A stretch of 64,000 nucleotides of DNA from an uncultured Polyangiaceae bacterium (GTDB lineage: Bacteria > Myxococcota_A > Polyangia > Polyangiales > Polyangiaceae). Below the pieces are notes generated by a model. It did no database searches. It was not told the origin of the DNA and saw only the letters and a program-made list of their open reading frames with translations. The stretch lies in assembly GCA_964531795.1 (NCBI GenBank), contig CAZHHD010000002.1:1-64000 (forward strand), in the 5' to 3' direction. The position numbers were made by a program, and so were the translations under genes. Shown in pieces: positions 45,901 to 56,039 of this stretch; the stretch's first letter is position 1; every line of letters starts with the position of its first letter.

Positions 45901-48438
45901 ATGCTGCGTCGTCTGCTCGCGCTGGGGGTCCTCACTTCGTGCTCGCTCGCCCTCACGGCGACCCCCTCGCACGCGGGGGCGCCGGTGATGGCGCTCTCTC
46001 CGCATCCCGACGGCGCGGCGATGGTGCGCCTCCTCGGCCCGCAGGCGGTGCCGACCTTGGCTCCCGGTTCGGGGAGCATCGGCGCGCTCGTGGCGATCCC
46101 CGCGGGCAAGAGCGCTGCCTCGCTCGGCGTCGACGAGATCGCGCCGGGCATCGGGCGGCTTCGCGGTGATCCCGCGCGGCTCGAGGCCTTCGCCGCGGCG
46201 CACCCCGACGTGCACATGGAGGTGAGCCCGCCGCTCCACATGCTCCTCGACCACGTGGGCGCCTTCACCCGCGCGTCGTTGGCCCGCGCACAGACTGGGC
46301 TCGACGGCAAAGGGGTCGTCGTGGGCGTGGCCGACACCGGCATCGACATCACCCACCCGAGCCTCCTCGACGCGCAGGGCAAGACGCGCGTCGCCTGGAT
46401 GATCGACTACTCGATCCCCGTCACCGGCAAGCACCCCGAGGTCGAGGCCAAGTTCTCCATCCCCGACTCCAAGGGGAACCCGGCGACCGGCGCGGTCTTC
46501 TCGTCCGAGGACATCGATGCGCTGATCGCCAACCCGACGCAAACCGGCCCTGTCGACGAGGTCGGTCACGGCACGCACGTCACGTCGATCGCCGCCGGCA
46601 CCGGCTCGTCGCGCACCTTCTCTGGCATCGCCCCCGGGGCCACGCTCGTCGTCGCTCGCGTCACGCGCAACAACGCCGACGCCATCGAGAACGACGATCT
46701 TTTGCGCGGCGTGAGCTTCCTCTTCGACCGCGCCGACGCGCTGGGGAAGCCGGCGGTGGTGAACCTCTCGCTCGGAGGGGATTTCGGCCCTCACGACGGC
46801 ACGCTGCTCTGGGAGAAGACGCTGGCGAGCTTCGTCGGTCCCGATCATCCCGGGCGCGCGCTCGTCGTCGCCGCGGGGAACAGCGGCTCGATCATCGACA
46901 CGCCTGTGCACGAGAGCGTGCGCGTGACCGAGAGCACGACGATGCGCGTGCCCGTCTCCACGAGTGGAGCTTCGGCGGGCGGCGTACAGGTGTGGATCAC
47001 GCTGCGGCCCGGGGCCAAGCTCAGCATCGGCCTCGACGGGCCCGACGGAACCTGGATCTCCCCCGTCGACGAGGGGAACCAAGTCGGCAAGAACCAAGAC
47101 GGTTACAACGCCGGCGTCATCTACGGGAGCAGCCTCCCCGGAAGCCCCATCCCCGCCGATTCACGCGGCGCCATCGTCGTGTGGAGCGGCGCGTGGCCCT
47201 CGGGGGTGTACTGGGTCACGCTCCAAGGCGAAGGCACGGCCGATCTCTTCTTGCAGACCACCGGCGACGCCGCGAGCTCGCGCCCCGCGGGCTTCGCAGC
47301 CGGCGTGCGCGAAGGGACGATCAACTTGCCGGCCACCGAGCCGTCGCTCATCGCCGTCGGTTGCACCATGAACCGCCCGCGCTGGACGAGCATCGCCGGC
47401 GGTCCGGTGACCCTGCATGTCCCCGCGCTCGACTCCATCGGCGGAAAGCCCGCTTCGGGGAACGAAGTGCGCGAGCCCCAAGACGGCGAGATGTGCTGGT
47501 TCTCGAGCGCCGGTCCCACCGTCACCGGCGTCCCCAAGCCGGAGATTTCGGCCCCCGGCGGCGCGGTCGCGGCGGCGATGAGCGCCGGCGCGACGCCCGA
47601 CAAGGCGAGCAGCATCTTCTACGATCCGCGTTGCCCCAAGGTGAGCGACGGTCAACCGCCCGATCCGCGGTGCCTGCAGATCGATGCGCGTCAGGCGATC
47701 GCCGTCGGCACGTCGATGTCGGCACCGGCCGTGGCCGGCGCGGTGGCGCTCCTCCTTCAGCGCGATCCGACGTTGACGCAAGGGAGCGTCACTGCGCTCC
47801 TCCAAGCGGGCGCGCATCCGTTCCGCGGCGCCGCGCCGTTCGAAGATCAAGGTGGCCCGGGCGAGCTCGACGTGGTGGGCGCGCTCGACGCGCTCGACCA
47901 GATGAAGAACCCGGTGCTCGCGCTCCCCGACGCGGCGAAGAGCTGGGTCACGCTGGGCGCCGACTACCTCGCCGCCGACGACTCCACGCCGCTCCGCGCC
48001 ATCGTCGAGCTTCGCACCAAAGACGGCGCGCACCGGGCGGATCTCTTCGAGCCCTCGCGCCTTCACGCCGCGATCGCGCTCGACGGCGAGCCGCTCCCCG
48101 AGCCGACGATGATTCGCAAAGGGCCCGGGCTCTACACCTTCGACGTGCGCGTCGCTCGCGGGCACGGCGGGTCGATCGTCAGCGTGGGGGCCACGTTCGA
48201 CGGCGCGCCGATCGTGGCGGCGAAGAGCGTCCCGGTCGCTTCGGACATTTGGACTGCCAGCTACGGATCGCACGCGCACGGTGGCTGCTCGTGCAGCACC
48301 GTGGGGACCCGCGCGCCGCACGAAGAGGGCGACGCGCCGATCGGTGCGCTGGCGTTCGCGGCGGGTGCCGTGTGGCTCGGCGCCGGACAACGACGTCGTC
48401 GGGCTGCACGCAAGGTGAACGGCGTCACGCCGGCGTGA
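45901..48438 (+). CDS. secreted subtilisin-like serine protease (peptidase S8) with C-terminal extension
   Basis: 845 aa with a signal peptide. The catalytic-triad contexts are present: VVGVADTGID (Asp), HGTHVTSIAAG (His) and GTSMSAPAVAG (Ser). Confidence 0.85.
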   Translation: MLRRLLALGVLTSCSLALTATPSHAGAPVMALSPHPDGAAMVRLLGPQAVPTLAPGSGSIGALVAIPAGKSAASLGVDEIAPGIGRLRGDPARLEAFAAAHPDVHMEVSPPLHMLLDHVGAFTRASLARAQTGLDGKGVVVGVADTGIDITHPSLLDAQGKTRVAWMIDYSIPVTGKHPEVEAKFSIPDSKGNPATGAVFSSEDIDALIANPTQTGPVDEVGHGTHVTSIAAGTGSSRTFSGIAPGATLVVARVTRNNADAIENDDLLRGVSFLFDRADALGKPAVVNLSLGGDFGPHDGTLLWEKTLASFVGPDHPGRALVVAAGNSGSIIDTPVHESVRVTESTTMRVPVSTSGASAGGVQVWITLRPGAKLSIGLDGPDGTWISPVDEGNQVGKNQDGYNAGVIYGSSLPGSPIPADSRGAIVVWSGAWPSGVYWVTLQGEGTADLFLQTTGDAASSRPAGFAAGVREGTINLPATEPSLIAVGCTMNRPRWTSIAGGPVTLHVPALDSIGGKPASGNEVREPQDGEMCWFSSAGPTVTGVPKPEISAPGGAVAAAMSAGATPDKASSIFYDPRCPKVSDGQPPDPRCLQIDARQAIAVGTSMSAPAVAGAVALLLQRDPTLTQGSVTALLQAGAHPFRGAAPFEDQGGPGELDVVGALDALDQMKNPVLALPDAAKSWVTLGADYLAADDSTPLRAIVELRTKDGAHRADLFEPSRLHAAIALDGEPLPEPTMIRKGPGLYTFDVRVARGHGGSIVSVGATFDGAPIVAAKSVPVASDIWTASYGSHAHGGCSCSTVGTRAPHEEGDAPIGALAFAAGAVWLGAGQRRRRAARKVNGVTPA

Positions 48439-48452
48439 CCGCAAGAGGCCCA

Positions 48453-49475
48453 ATGGCGTCCGCCCGCGCGAAGCGTCCCCTGCTCATGCGGTCTCAGCTG
48501 TTGCCGCTCTTGCTGGCGCACATGGCATCGCGTGGACGCGGCGAGGCGGCGGCCGCGTTGGTCGCGGAGTTCGACCTGCCCGAGCCCACCGGTGATCCGA
48601 TCCGCGAGATGCTCGTGCCGCTCGACGTGCACCGCCTCGTGTGCGATCGGGCCGCGATGCTCCTCTCCGATCCCTTCCTGGGTCTCCACGTCGCCGCCGA
48701 GAGCCCGCGGGGAAAGTACGGGCTCGTCGAGTTCACGACGCGCAGCGCGCCGACCTTGGGCGCCGGCCTCAGGAGAACCGTGAAGTACCTGAGGCTCCTG
48801 AGCGACGTCATCGAGATCCGCGTCGACGAGGACGAGCACGGCGCGACGATCGTCCATCGCATCCCCGGACAGAAGGACGCGAGCGGCCGTCACGCCAACG
48901 AGTTCGCGTTGGCGACCGTTCTACGCTTCGGTCGCGAGAACAGCGGCGTTCGCATCGTGGCCACGGCGGTCGACTTCGCGCACCCCGAGCCCGAGGACGT
49001 CTCCGAGCTCCACGCGTACTTCGGCACGACCCAGATGCGCTTCGATCGCGGCGAGAACCGTCTTCACCTCGCGCCCGATGTCTTGGCGCTCCCCGTCCTG
49101 ACCAAGGACGAGGCGCTCCTCGCCTGGCTGGACCAACACGCCGAGAAGAGCCTCCCGCCCGCGGGACCTTTGCCCGGTCTTCGTCGCTGCATCCAAGAGG
49201 GGCTAGGGAGGCCGCCCGGCCCGACGCTCGAGTCGGTCGCCGCGGCCTTCCACATGACCCCGCGCACGCTGCAGCGTCGGTTGGGCGAGGCGTCGACCTC
49301 CTTCCAGGCGGAGCTCGACGCGGTGCGCGACGAGCTCGCCACCACGTACCTCGAAAACCCGAAGCTCTCGATCTACGAGGTCGCGCTCCTCCTCGGATTT
49401 GCCGACCAGGGCGCCTTCGAGCGTGCTTTTCGCCGCTGGCGCGGGGTCACCCCCAAGCAGTTTCGTAAGCTCTGA
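48453..49475 (+). CDS. AraC family transcriptional regulator
   Basis: 340 aa from the ATG at 48453. It has a C-terminal HTH_AraC (LESVAAAFHMTPRTLQRRL...IYEVALLLGFADQGAFERAFRRWRGVTPKQFR). Confidence 0.8.
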   Translation: MASARAKRPLLMRSQLLPLLLAHMASRGRGEAAAALVAEFDLPEPTGDPIREMLVPLDVHRLVCDRAAMLLSDPFLGLHVAAESPRGKYGLVEFTTRSAPTLGAGLRRTVKYLRLLSDVIEIRVDEDEHGATIVHRIPGQKDASGRHANEFALATVLRFGRENSGVRIVATAVDFAHPEPEDVSELHAYFGTTQMRFDRGENRLHLAPDVLALPVLTKDEALLAWLDQHAEKSLPPAGPLPGLRRCIQEGLGRPPGPTLESVAAAFHMTPRTLQRRLGEASTSFQAELDAVRDELATTYLENPKLSIYEVALLLGFADQGAFERAFRRWRGVTPKQFRKL

Positions 49476-49555
49476 CGCCGGATTGGCGCGCGCGGCCTTC
49501 CGAATTGTCGTCCTGAGCCGTGCGGTGGTGGCACCCCTCGCTAGGACAGGGGCCC

Positions 49556-50353
49556 ATGATCCTTCGTCCCTTCTTGGCTCGCGTCGGCGCCGCTGCTCTT
49601 GGTCTCGGCCTCTTCCTCGCAGGTGTTTCGGCGTGCAGCTCGAGTTCGTCGGATGCAGCGACGGCCGGCGCGCCTCTCCTCTGCCCTTGCCCGGCGGAGG
49701 GCGGTGGCTCTCCGACCTCGGCTGGCGACGCGCTCGACGCGGCGTTCGACGCGGGCTTCATGTCGTTCCCCGATCCGTCGAAGCCGGCGTGCGAGAGCCT
49801 CTCGATGTGCTGCTACGGGGCGGATCCCGACTTTACGAAGTGCGTGCAAACGATAACGGGCGGAGACCAAGCGGCGTGCTCCACCCTGATGACCGAGCTC
49901 GAGGCGAAGCACCATTGTCCGAGCACGCTCGGGCGCCCGTACGATGCGAGCGCGGCCGGCGCAGGTCGTGGCGGCGGCAGCGGCGCAGGGAGCGGCATGT
50001 GCGCCTGTCCGTCGTCGGGCGGTGGAGGCGGCGGCGGATCTTCGAGCGGCGGCCCGGTGACCGGCGGTGGATCGTCCGGCTCGGGTAGCAGCGGCGGCCC
50101 GGCGAGCGGTGGCGGCGGGGACGCGGGGGCTGCGGTCTCGGCCGAGTGCCACGCCTACGCAGTCAAATGGGTCGACTGCTACAACAGCGCCTCGGGTGGA
50201 GCGAAGGATCCGTACGGCGACGATGTGAAGGGCGCCGAGCAGAGCTGCTCGCAGCTGGAGCAGTCGTGTGCTGCACTCGTCGCGTGCTTCAACGCGGCGC
50301 CCGACTGCAATCGCGGCGACCAGTGCTCGCTGTCGGATCTCTGCCACCGCTGA
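49556..50353 (+). CDS. Cys-rich lipoprotein with long Gly/Ser linker, hypothetical
   Basis: About 265 aa from the ATG at 49556. It has a lipobox (LFLAGVSAC). Two Cys-containing modules are separated by a ~60-aa poly-Gly/Ser stretch, and it ends in a Cys-rich C-terminus (CSQLEQSCAALVACFNAAPDCNRGDQCSLSDLC). Confidence 0.5.
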   Translation: MILRPFLARVGAAALGLGLFLAGVSACSSSSSDAATAGAPLLCPCPAEGGGSPTSAGDALDAAFDAGFMSFPDPSKPACESLSMCCYGADPDFTKCVQTITGGDQAACSTLMTELEAKHHCPSTLGRPYDASAAGAGRGGGSGAGSGMCACPSSGGGGGGGSSSGGPVTGGGSSGSGSSGGPASGGGGDAGAAVSAECHAYAVKWVDCYNSASGGAKDPYGDDVKGAEQSCSQLEQSCAALVACFNAAPDCNRGDQCSLSDLCHR

Positions 50354-50411
50354 CGAATCGAGAGCTGTACGACGCCGCCGACGACCTCGTCGTGACCGCG
50401 CCCGCGCCCGT

Positions 50412-51830
50412 TCACTCGCTGGCGATCGCCACGACCCACCCGTGCGGCTCCCACACCGCGTCGTCGGGATCGAAGGGCACCGCGCGGTCGCCGGCGTTCA
50501 CCCCGACGATCAAGACGGCGTCGACGCCGTCGAGATCGAGCACCGTGGTCTGCGCTTCGGTGCCGCGCTCCTTCGCGCCGATGGGGACGCGTGATTTCTC
50601 GCGCCCGTCGGCGTCGAGCTTCACCACCGCCCAGCGCATGGTCGCGTGCTCTTCCCACGTCGTCTCGACGCGGAGCCGTGAACCGGCGGGCGCGCCTTTG
50701 CGGCTCACGCGGACGTAGGCCGCGCCGGTGGGGAAGGTGGGGGAGGGGGCGGCGAGCCTGCGCGGCGCGGTGGGCCACGGTACGTCCCAATCCATGCGCA
50801 CGTCGGCGGCCGCGCCGAGCGTCCGCGTCTCGAGGGCGTGCGTGTCGTCTGCGTGCTCGCCGACGAGCGCGCGCGCCACGGCGAACTCGAGCAAGAGATC
50901 GTCCACCGTCGAACCGGTGGAGAGCGTGCCTTTGAAGCTCATTCGAAGCACTTCGAAGAGATCGGGCTCGCTGCGCCAGTGGGTCGCGCCGAGCGGCGTC
51001 ATCGTCGGCGTGAGCGCCCAGATCGCCCGCACGAGCGAGCCCGGGTGCATGCCGAACGTCTCGTCGAGCCACAGGAAGAAGAGCGAAGCTCCGCGGTCGT
51101 AGGCCACGCCCACGCTGCGCGGCAGATCGGGGAGCGTGTCCACGAGCGCGCGATCGGGGTGCGCCTGGAACACCTCCACGCCGTCGAGCGCCCCCGCGGC
51201 GCACGTCACCGCGAGCCGGGCGAGGTACGAGGTCTCGGCGCGCGCGCTCCCCTCGTCGGTCCCCGGCGCCACGCGAAAGAGCACCGCGCGAAAGAGCTCG
51301 CGCGCGACCGCTGTTTCGCGCGCGCAGCCTCGCAGCTTCGCGTCGAGGAGCGTGAAGGCGCTCGCGCGATCGACACGGGAGAGAACGTCGCGCTCGCCGA
51401 TCGCCGTCACGGCACCGTCGGGGACGCCGTCGACGAGGTACACGTCGTACGCGCGCGTCTCGGGATCGGGATCGGGCGGTGGGAGCTCGAGCGGCCCTTC
51501 GGCCGTGTCCCACGCGCGCTCGGCCAGGGTCAAGGTCGCGAGGATCTCCGCGCCGGGCGCTCGCGCTGCGTGGACGCACACCGGGTGACGGAAGGAGCAG
51601 GCCTTGCGCCACGCCGCGGATCCCGGAGGACGCACGATCCCCGTGCGAATCGGCCCTCCTGCCGCGTCCTCTTCGAGAGGCGCCGAGGCATCGCCCACGG
51701 AAGCGTCGCCGTCGACGGTCGACGCAGCCGCGGAAGGCGAGCGCGCGTCGATCGGCGGCGACGTGTCAGCGTGCGCGGGAGCCGCCCCGACGGCGAGCGC
51801 TCCCAAGAGGACGAGCGAGCGAGGCCTCAC
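50412..51830 (-). CDS. secreted hypothetical protein
   Basis: 472 aa with a signal peptide (LVLLGALAVGAAPAHA). Its composition is not Arg-biased and the frame has high GC3. The competing opposite-strand ORFs are Arg-rich. Confidence 0.55.
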   Translation of the reverse strand: MRPRSLVLLGALAVGAAPAHADTSPPIDARSPSAAASTVDGDASVGDASAPLEEDAAGGPIRTGIVRPPGSAAWRKACSFRHPVCVHAARAPGAEILATLTLAERAWDTAEGPLELPPPDPDPETRAYDVYLVDGVPDGAVTAIGERDVLSRVDRASAFTLLDAKLRGCARETAVARELFRAVLFRVAPGTDEGSARAETSYLARLAVTCAAGALDGVEVFQAHPDRALVDTLPDLPRSVGVAYDRGASLFFLWLDETFGMHPGSLVRAIWALTPTMTPLGATHWRSEPDLFEVLRMSFKGTLSTGSTVDDLLLEFAVARALVGEHADDTHALETRTLGAAADVRMDWDVPWPTAPRRLAAPSPTFPTGAAYVRVSRKGAPAGSRLRVETTWEEHATMRWAVVKLDADGREKSRVPIGAKERGTEAQTTVLDLDGVDAVLIVGVNAGDRAVPFDPDDAVWEPHGWVVAIASE

Positions 51831-51851
51831 GCGCGAACGCCGACGGCGGCT

Positions 51852-52340
51852 TCAGATCATCTCGAAGAAGCGCGAGTGGATCGCGACGGCGGCCAGGAGC
51901 CCGACCTCGCGCCCGATCGGATCGCTCATCTTCACGACGAAATGGTCGCGTACCTTGGCGAGGCCTTCGTCCTTCACCACTTCGAGCGCGACTCCCGAGG
52001 CGTCGCCGCACTTGAAGGTCTCGGTGAAGACCCCTCCGTCGGCGGCGTAGGTCTTGTCGCCGACCTTCAGGCTCATCGTCTTCTTGAGAGCGATGGCGGG
52101 AAACTCGATGGATGCGAGCTCGGTCCCCTTCGTGTCGACGATTTGAAACTTCGTCTTCGCGAAGTTCCCCTTCAACGTGCCGAGCTCTTTGCCGTCGGTC
52201 CCCTCGATGAGGGTGAAGTTCGGGGTCGCGCTCATGAGCGCGCCTTTCACCGTCATGACGATGGCCTCGCCCCCTTGGTCGCGTACGTCGTATCTCGACG
52301 CAACGGACAGGAGACGCTGCGTCACCTCGTAGCTCGGCAT
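51852..52340 (-). CDS. LURP-one-related (LOR / tubby C-terminal-like, DUF567) family protein
   Basis: 162 aa. It has the characteristic N-terminus (MPSYEVTQRLLSVASRYDVRD..GEAIVMTVKGALMSATPNFTLIEGTDGKELGTLKG...). Confidence 0.65.
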   Translation of the reverse strand: MPSYEVTQRLLSVASRYDVRDQGGEAIVMTVKGALMSATPNFTLIEGTDGKELGTLKGNFAKTKFQIVDTKGTELASIEFPAIALKKTMSLKVGDKTYAADGGVFTETFKCGDASGVALEVVKDEGLAKVRDHFVVKMSDPIGREVGLLAAVAIHSRFFEMI

Positions 52341-52422
52341 GTGAGATCCCTCCGCCAGTGGTCCCTCCTACGTGTATCTCAAGGCGGCGCGTTTGGGACA
52401 AAAAGGCTCGACCCCGAGCGCG

Positions 52423-53313
52423 TCACACCCACGTGAGCGGCGGCGTGGCCGGGAGCCCGCGCAGCCAGGTGCGCTGGCGCCGGGCGAAGACCCGGGTCGC
52501 GCGGACGATGGCGGTGGGGAGCTCGTCCCGCGAGAGCTCGCCGGCGAGGTGCGCGGCGACCTCCTTGTAGCCGACCGAGCCCATCGCCCGCGCGGCGCCG
52601 TACCCCTTCGCCAAGAGATCGCGCGTCTCTTCGATCCAGCCGTTTGCGAGCCAGCCGCGGACGCGCGCGTCGATGCGCGCGGTGAGCTCCTCGGGCGATC
52701 GCTCCACCGCGAAGAGGTGCGCCGTGTGGCGCGGCGTGGAAAATCCGTGCTCGGCTTGCCAAGCGCTGAGCGGGCGCCCCGTCAGCTCGTAGACCTCGAG
52801 CCCTCGGCTCACGCGCACGACGTCGTTCGGATGAAGCCGCGCGGCGAGCGTCGGATCGACCTCGCGGAGCTTTTGGTGGAGCGCTGCCGGGCCCGCCTCG
52901 TTGGCCTCGGCGCGATGGCGGGCGCGCACCGCCTCGTCCGCCGGTGCGGCGTCGGCGAGACCGAAGAGGAGCGCGCGCGTCCAGAGGAACGTGCCGCCGC
53001 ACACGACGGGGCGCTTCCCCGAGGCGATCACCGCGCGGAGCTCGTCCTCGGCCATCGTGGCGTAGCGGGCTGCGTCGACTGCTTCGAGCGGGTCGAGCGC
53101 GTCGATGAGGCGGTGCTTTACGCGGGCGCGCTCTTCGCTCGTCGGCTTGCCAGAGCCGATGTCGAAGCCGCGGTAGATCTGCACGCTGTCGGCGCTCACG
53201 ATCTCGCCGCCCAGCGCTTCGCACATTTGCATCGCGAGCTCGCTCTTGCCGCTCGCCGTCGGGCCTACCACGACGAGGAGCGTGTCCTTTGGCGCGCGCT
53301 CGGCCTCGGCCAC
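52423..53313 (-). CDS. miaA: tRNA dimethylallyltransferase MiaA
   Basis: It has a P-loop (VVVGPTASGKSELAM) and conserved MiaA motifs (SADSVQIYRGFDIGSGKPT; PVVCGGT). There is no in-frame ATG, so the start was set provisionally at the GTG at 53311-53313. Confidence 0.75.
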   Translation of the reverse strand: MAEAERAPKDTLLVVVGPTASGKSELAMQMCEALGGEIVSADSVQIYRGFDIGSGKPTSEERARVKHRLIDALDPLEAVDAARYATMAEDELRAVIASGKRPVVCGGTFLWTRALLFGLADAAPADEAVRARHRAEANEAGPAALHQKLREVDPTLAARLHPNDVVRVSRGLEVYELTGRPLSAWQAEHGFSTPRHTAHLFAVERSPEELTARIDARVRGWLANGWIEETRDLLAKGYGAARAMGSVGYKEVAAHLAGELSRDELPTAIVRATRVFARRQRTWLRGLPATPPLTWV

Positions 53314-53335
53314 CGCGCCGGCGAAGCGCGCTCGC

Positions 53336-55198
53336 TCAGCGTCCGACACGGCGCTCCAGCTCTCCGAACGCGAGCCGCGTGACCACCGGGCGCCCGTGCG
53401 GACAATGTCCGGAGAAGTCGATCCCGTCGAGCGAGCGAAGGAGCGCCTCCGCCTCGGCGGTCGTGAGGACGTCGCCGGCGCGCACCGATCCGTGACACGC
53501 CATCGTGGCGAGGACGAGATCCACCGCGCCGCCGAACGGCCGCCCCGCTTCGCGCAGGAGCTCGGCCGCGAGGTCGCGCACGAGACGCTCCGGGTTCGCC
53601 CGCGCGAGGATCTTGGGCACCCCGTGCACCGCCACGGCGCTCGTGCCGAGCGCGCGTACCTCGACCCCGAGGCTCGAAATCTCGCTCGCCGCTTCTTCGA
53701 GGAGCGCCACCTCGCGCGCGCCGATCTCCACCCGCTCGGGGACGAGGAGCTTTTGCATCGCCACGCCGCGCGCGGCGAAGCCCTTGCGCAGCCGATCGAA
53801 CGTGACCCGCTCGGCGGCGGCGTGTTGGTCCAAGACGTAGAGGCCGTCCTCGCCTTCGCACAGGAGAAACGTGGCGCGAAGCTGGGCGAGGAAACGGAGC
53901 GCGCCGTAGAAGCCGGTCTCGGGGAAGAGCGCTCCTTCGGCCTCGACCGGTCGATCCTGTGTACTCTGCACATGCGGGTCGACGGCCGCGGGCGCTCGGT
54001 CGGTGCGGAGCGTCGGAGGTGCGAGGGTCCCTCGGTCGAGCGCCGAAACGAACCCGTGGGAGCCGTCGGCCGGCCTCGGCGGTGCTCCCGGCACGCTCTC
54101 GGTCGGCCCGTGCGGCGGAGGCGCCGTGGGCGCGTTGACGAAGTTGGAGCTCGGCGCGCCGTGCGAGGTGCGCGGCGGCGGAAGCCAAGGGCGCGAGCTC
54201 GGTCCGAGGGCGGGGATGGCGAAGACGCGCGAGGTGCTCGCGTAGAGCTCGCGCGTCACGGCGTCGAAGAGCGCACGCGCGTCGGCGAAGCGGACCTCGG
54301 CCTTCTGCGGGTGCACGTTCACGTCGACGAGCGCCGGGGGAATGTCGATGTAGAGTACACCCACCGGGTAGCGCCCCGGCTCGAGCACCGAGCCGTAGGC
54401 TTGGGCCACCGCGCGCGCCAACGGGCGGTCCTTCACCGGCCTTCCGTTGACGAAGACGTGGAGCGCGCCGGCGCCGGAGCGTGCGCGCTCGGGGGGCGTG
54501 AGGTGTGCTTCGATGTGAAGCGGGCCGCGTTCTCCACCGCACGCTTCGAGGCGCTTCTCCGCGAGCGCGGCGACGACCCGCTCGCGCCGCGTGGCGACGC
54601 GGAGGTACTCGCGCGCCACGCGTCCGTCGCGGCTCAAGGTGAAGGTCACCTCCGGGCGCGCCAGGGCGGCGAGCAGCACCACCTCCCCCACGTGCGCGCT
54701 CTCGGTCTGCACCGACTTCAAAAACTTTCGGCGCGCGGGCACGTTGAAGAAAAGATCGCTCACTTCGATCGTGGTCCCCGGCGCCGTCCCCGCAGGGCGC
54801 ACGTCGACCGCGCCGCCCCCTTCGACGCGCACCTCGACCCCTTCGCTCTGAGCGCGCGTGCGGGTGCGCAGGGAGAAGCGCGCGACCGAGGCGATGCTGG
54901 GGAGCGCTTCGCCGCGGAAACCGAAGGTGCCGATCTCGGTCAGGTCCTCGATGCGGGCGATCTTGCTGGTCGCGTGGCGCTCGACGGCGAGGCGCGCGTC
55001 GGCAGGATCCATCCCCTCGCCGTCGTCGGAGACGACGATGCGCGTCGTCCCCCCTTGCTCGATCTCCACGGCGATGCGCGTGGCGCCGGCGTCGAGCGCG
55101 TTCTCCACGAGCTCCTTGACGACGCTGGCCGGACGTTCGACGACTTCGCCGGCGGCGATCTGGTTGGCGAGGTCTTTGGGGAGGCGCTTGATGCGCAC
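53336..55198 (-). CDS. mutL: DNA mismatch repair protein MutL
   Basis: 620 aa. It has the GHKL ATPase N-terminus (IKRLPKDLANQIAAGEVVERPASVVKELVENALDAGAT...DDGEGM) and a MutL C-terminal dimerisation region. Confidence 0.9.
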   Translation of the reverse strand: MRIKRLPKDLANQIAAGEVVERPASVVKELVENALDAGATRIAVEIEQGGTTRIVVSDDGEGMDPADARLAVERHATSKIARIEDLTEIGTFGFRGEALPSIASVARFSLRTRTRAQSEGVEVRVEGGGAVDVRPAGTAPGTTIEVSDLFFNVPARRKFLKSVQTESAHVGEVVLLAALARPEVTFTLSRDGRVAREYLRVATRRERVVAALAEKRLEACGGERGPLHIEAHLTPPERARSGAGALHVFVNGRPVKDRPLARAVAQAYGSVLEPGRYPVGVLYIDIPPALVDVNVHPQKAEVRFADARALFDAVTRELYASTSRVFAIPALGPSSRPWLPPPRTSHGAPSSNFVNAPTAPPPHGPTESVPGAPPRPADGSHGFVSALDRGTLAPPTLRTDRAPAAVDPHVQSTQDRPVEAEGALFPETGFYGALRFLAQLRATFLLCEGEDGLYVLDQHAAAERVTFDRLRKGFAARGVAMQKLLVPERVEIGAREVALLEEAASEISSLGVEVRALGTSAVAVHGVPKILARANPERLVRDLAAELLREAGRPFGGAVDLVLATMACHGSVRAGDVLTTAEAEALLRSLDGIDFSGHCPHGRPVVTRLAFGELERRVGR

Positions 55199-55199
55199 G

Positions 55200-55970
55200 C
55201 TACCTCCGCGAGAGACGTTCTTGCGCGGCGTCGTAGAAGGCGCGCGAACGAGGCCGGGTCAGCGCGAAGAGCACGAAGAGCGCCAGCGCCGTGCGTGTCC
55301 CCAAGAGGCTCACGTCGAAATGGCGGAAGACCGCCGCGGCCCACGCCTCGCTCTCGGCGATCACCGCCGGCTCCGCGTCCTTCTTGTCGTGGAGCTGCGC
55401 GTCGAAGGACGCCACCGCGAGCTCCACGCGCGCGTGCCGTATGTCGGGCGTCAGAACGAACGTGAGGATGGCGAGGGCAGCCTGCACGGCGACGAGCTGG
55501 ATGAGCGGTCCTCGCGCCCCGGCGCGCCCGGCGAGAGCACGCGCGGCGAAAGCGATCATGACCGCCCCGAGCAAGAACGCGCCGACGGCGAGGGGGAACG
55601 CGCGCTCGCGCGCCAAGGTGGTCGTCTCGATGAGGCTCTCGGCGGCGTGCTCGACGATCTTCCGCTGATCGTCGTCCTTCACGTCGCGAACGTAGACCGC
55701 AGGGTCGACCGAGTCCGCGTGGTAGAAGGACATCGTCATGCAGCCGTCGTAGAAGCCGGCTGCACCGAAGAGCCACGCGATCGCCAAGGCGAGCACGAGG
55801 TACCAAGGGCGCTTCGGGCGATCACTCCCGGGGCGCTGCGAAGCGCGCACCACTTGCGGTCCTACGTGGGGCGGTGGGACCGAGGGGCTCACGGGCGGCG
55901 GCGGGACCGACGCCGGAGGCGACGACGGCAGGCGATTTTCCGCGCCGCGCTCCTCCTCGGAAGGGTCCAT
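55200..55970 (-). CDS. hypothetical integral membrane protein
   Basis: 256 aa. It has a Pro-rich N-terminus and about 4 hydrophobic helices. Its stop abuts the mutL start, which suggests co-transcription. Confidence 0.5.
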   Translation of the reverse strand: MDPSEEERGAENRLPSSPPASVPPPPVSPSVPPPHVGPQVVRASQRPGSDRPKRPWYLVLALAIAWLFGAAGFYDGCMTMSFYHADSVDPAVYVRDVKDDDQRKIVEHAAESLIETTTLARERAFPLAVGAFLLGAVMIAFAARALAGRAGARGPLIQLVAVQAALAILTFVLTPDIRHARVELAVASFDAQLHDKKDAEPAVIAESEAWAAAVFRHFDVSLLGTRTALALFVLFALTRPRSRAFYDAAQERLSRR

Positions 55971-56039
55971 GACCCGGCTTTCGATAGCACTGCCTCACCT
56001 CGACGTCGCGTGATAAATCGCCCAGTGGGAGACTCCGCC

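Noticed and set aside
46992-48452. 827-aa ORF 46992-49475 upstream of the AraC gene
   Set aside because: It overlaps the S8 protease in another frame and is Arg-rich. The AraC regulator begins at ATG 48453.
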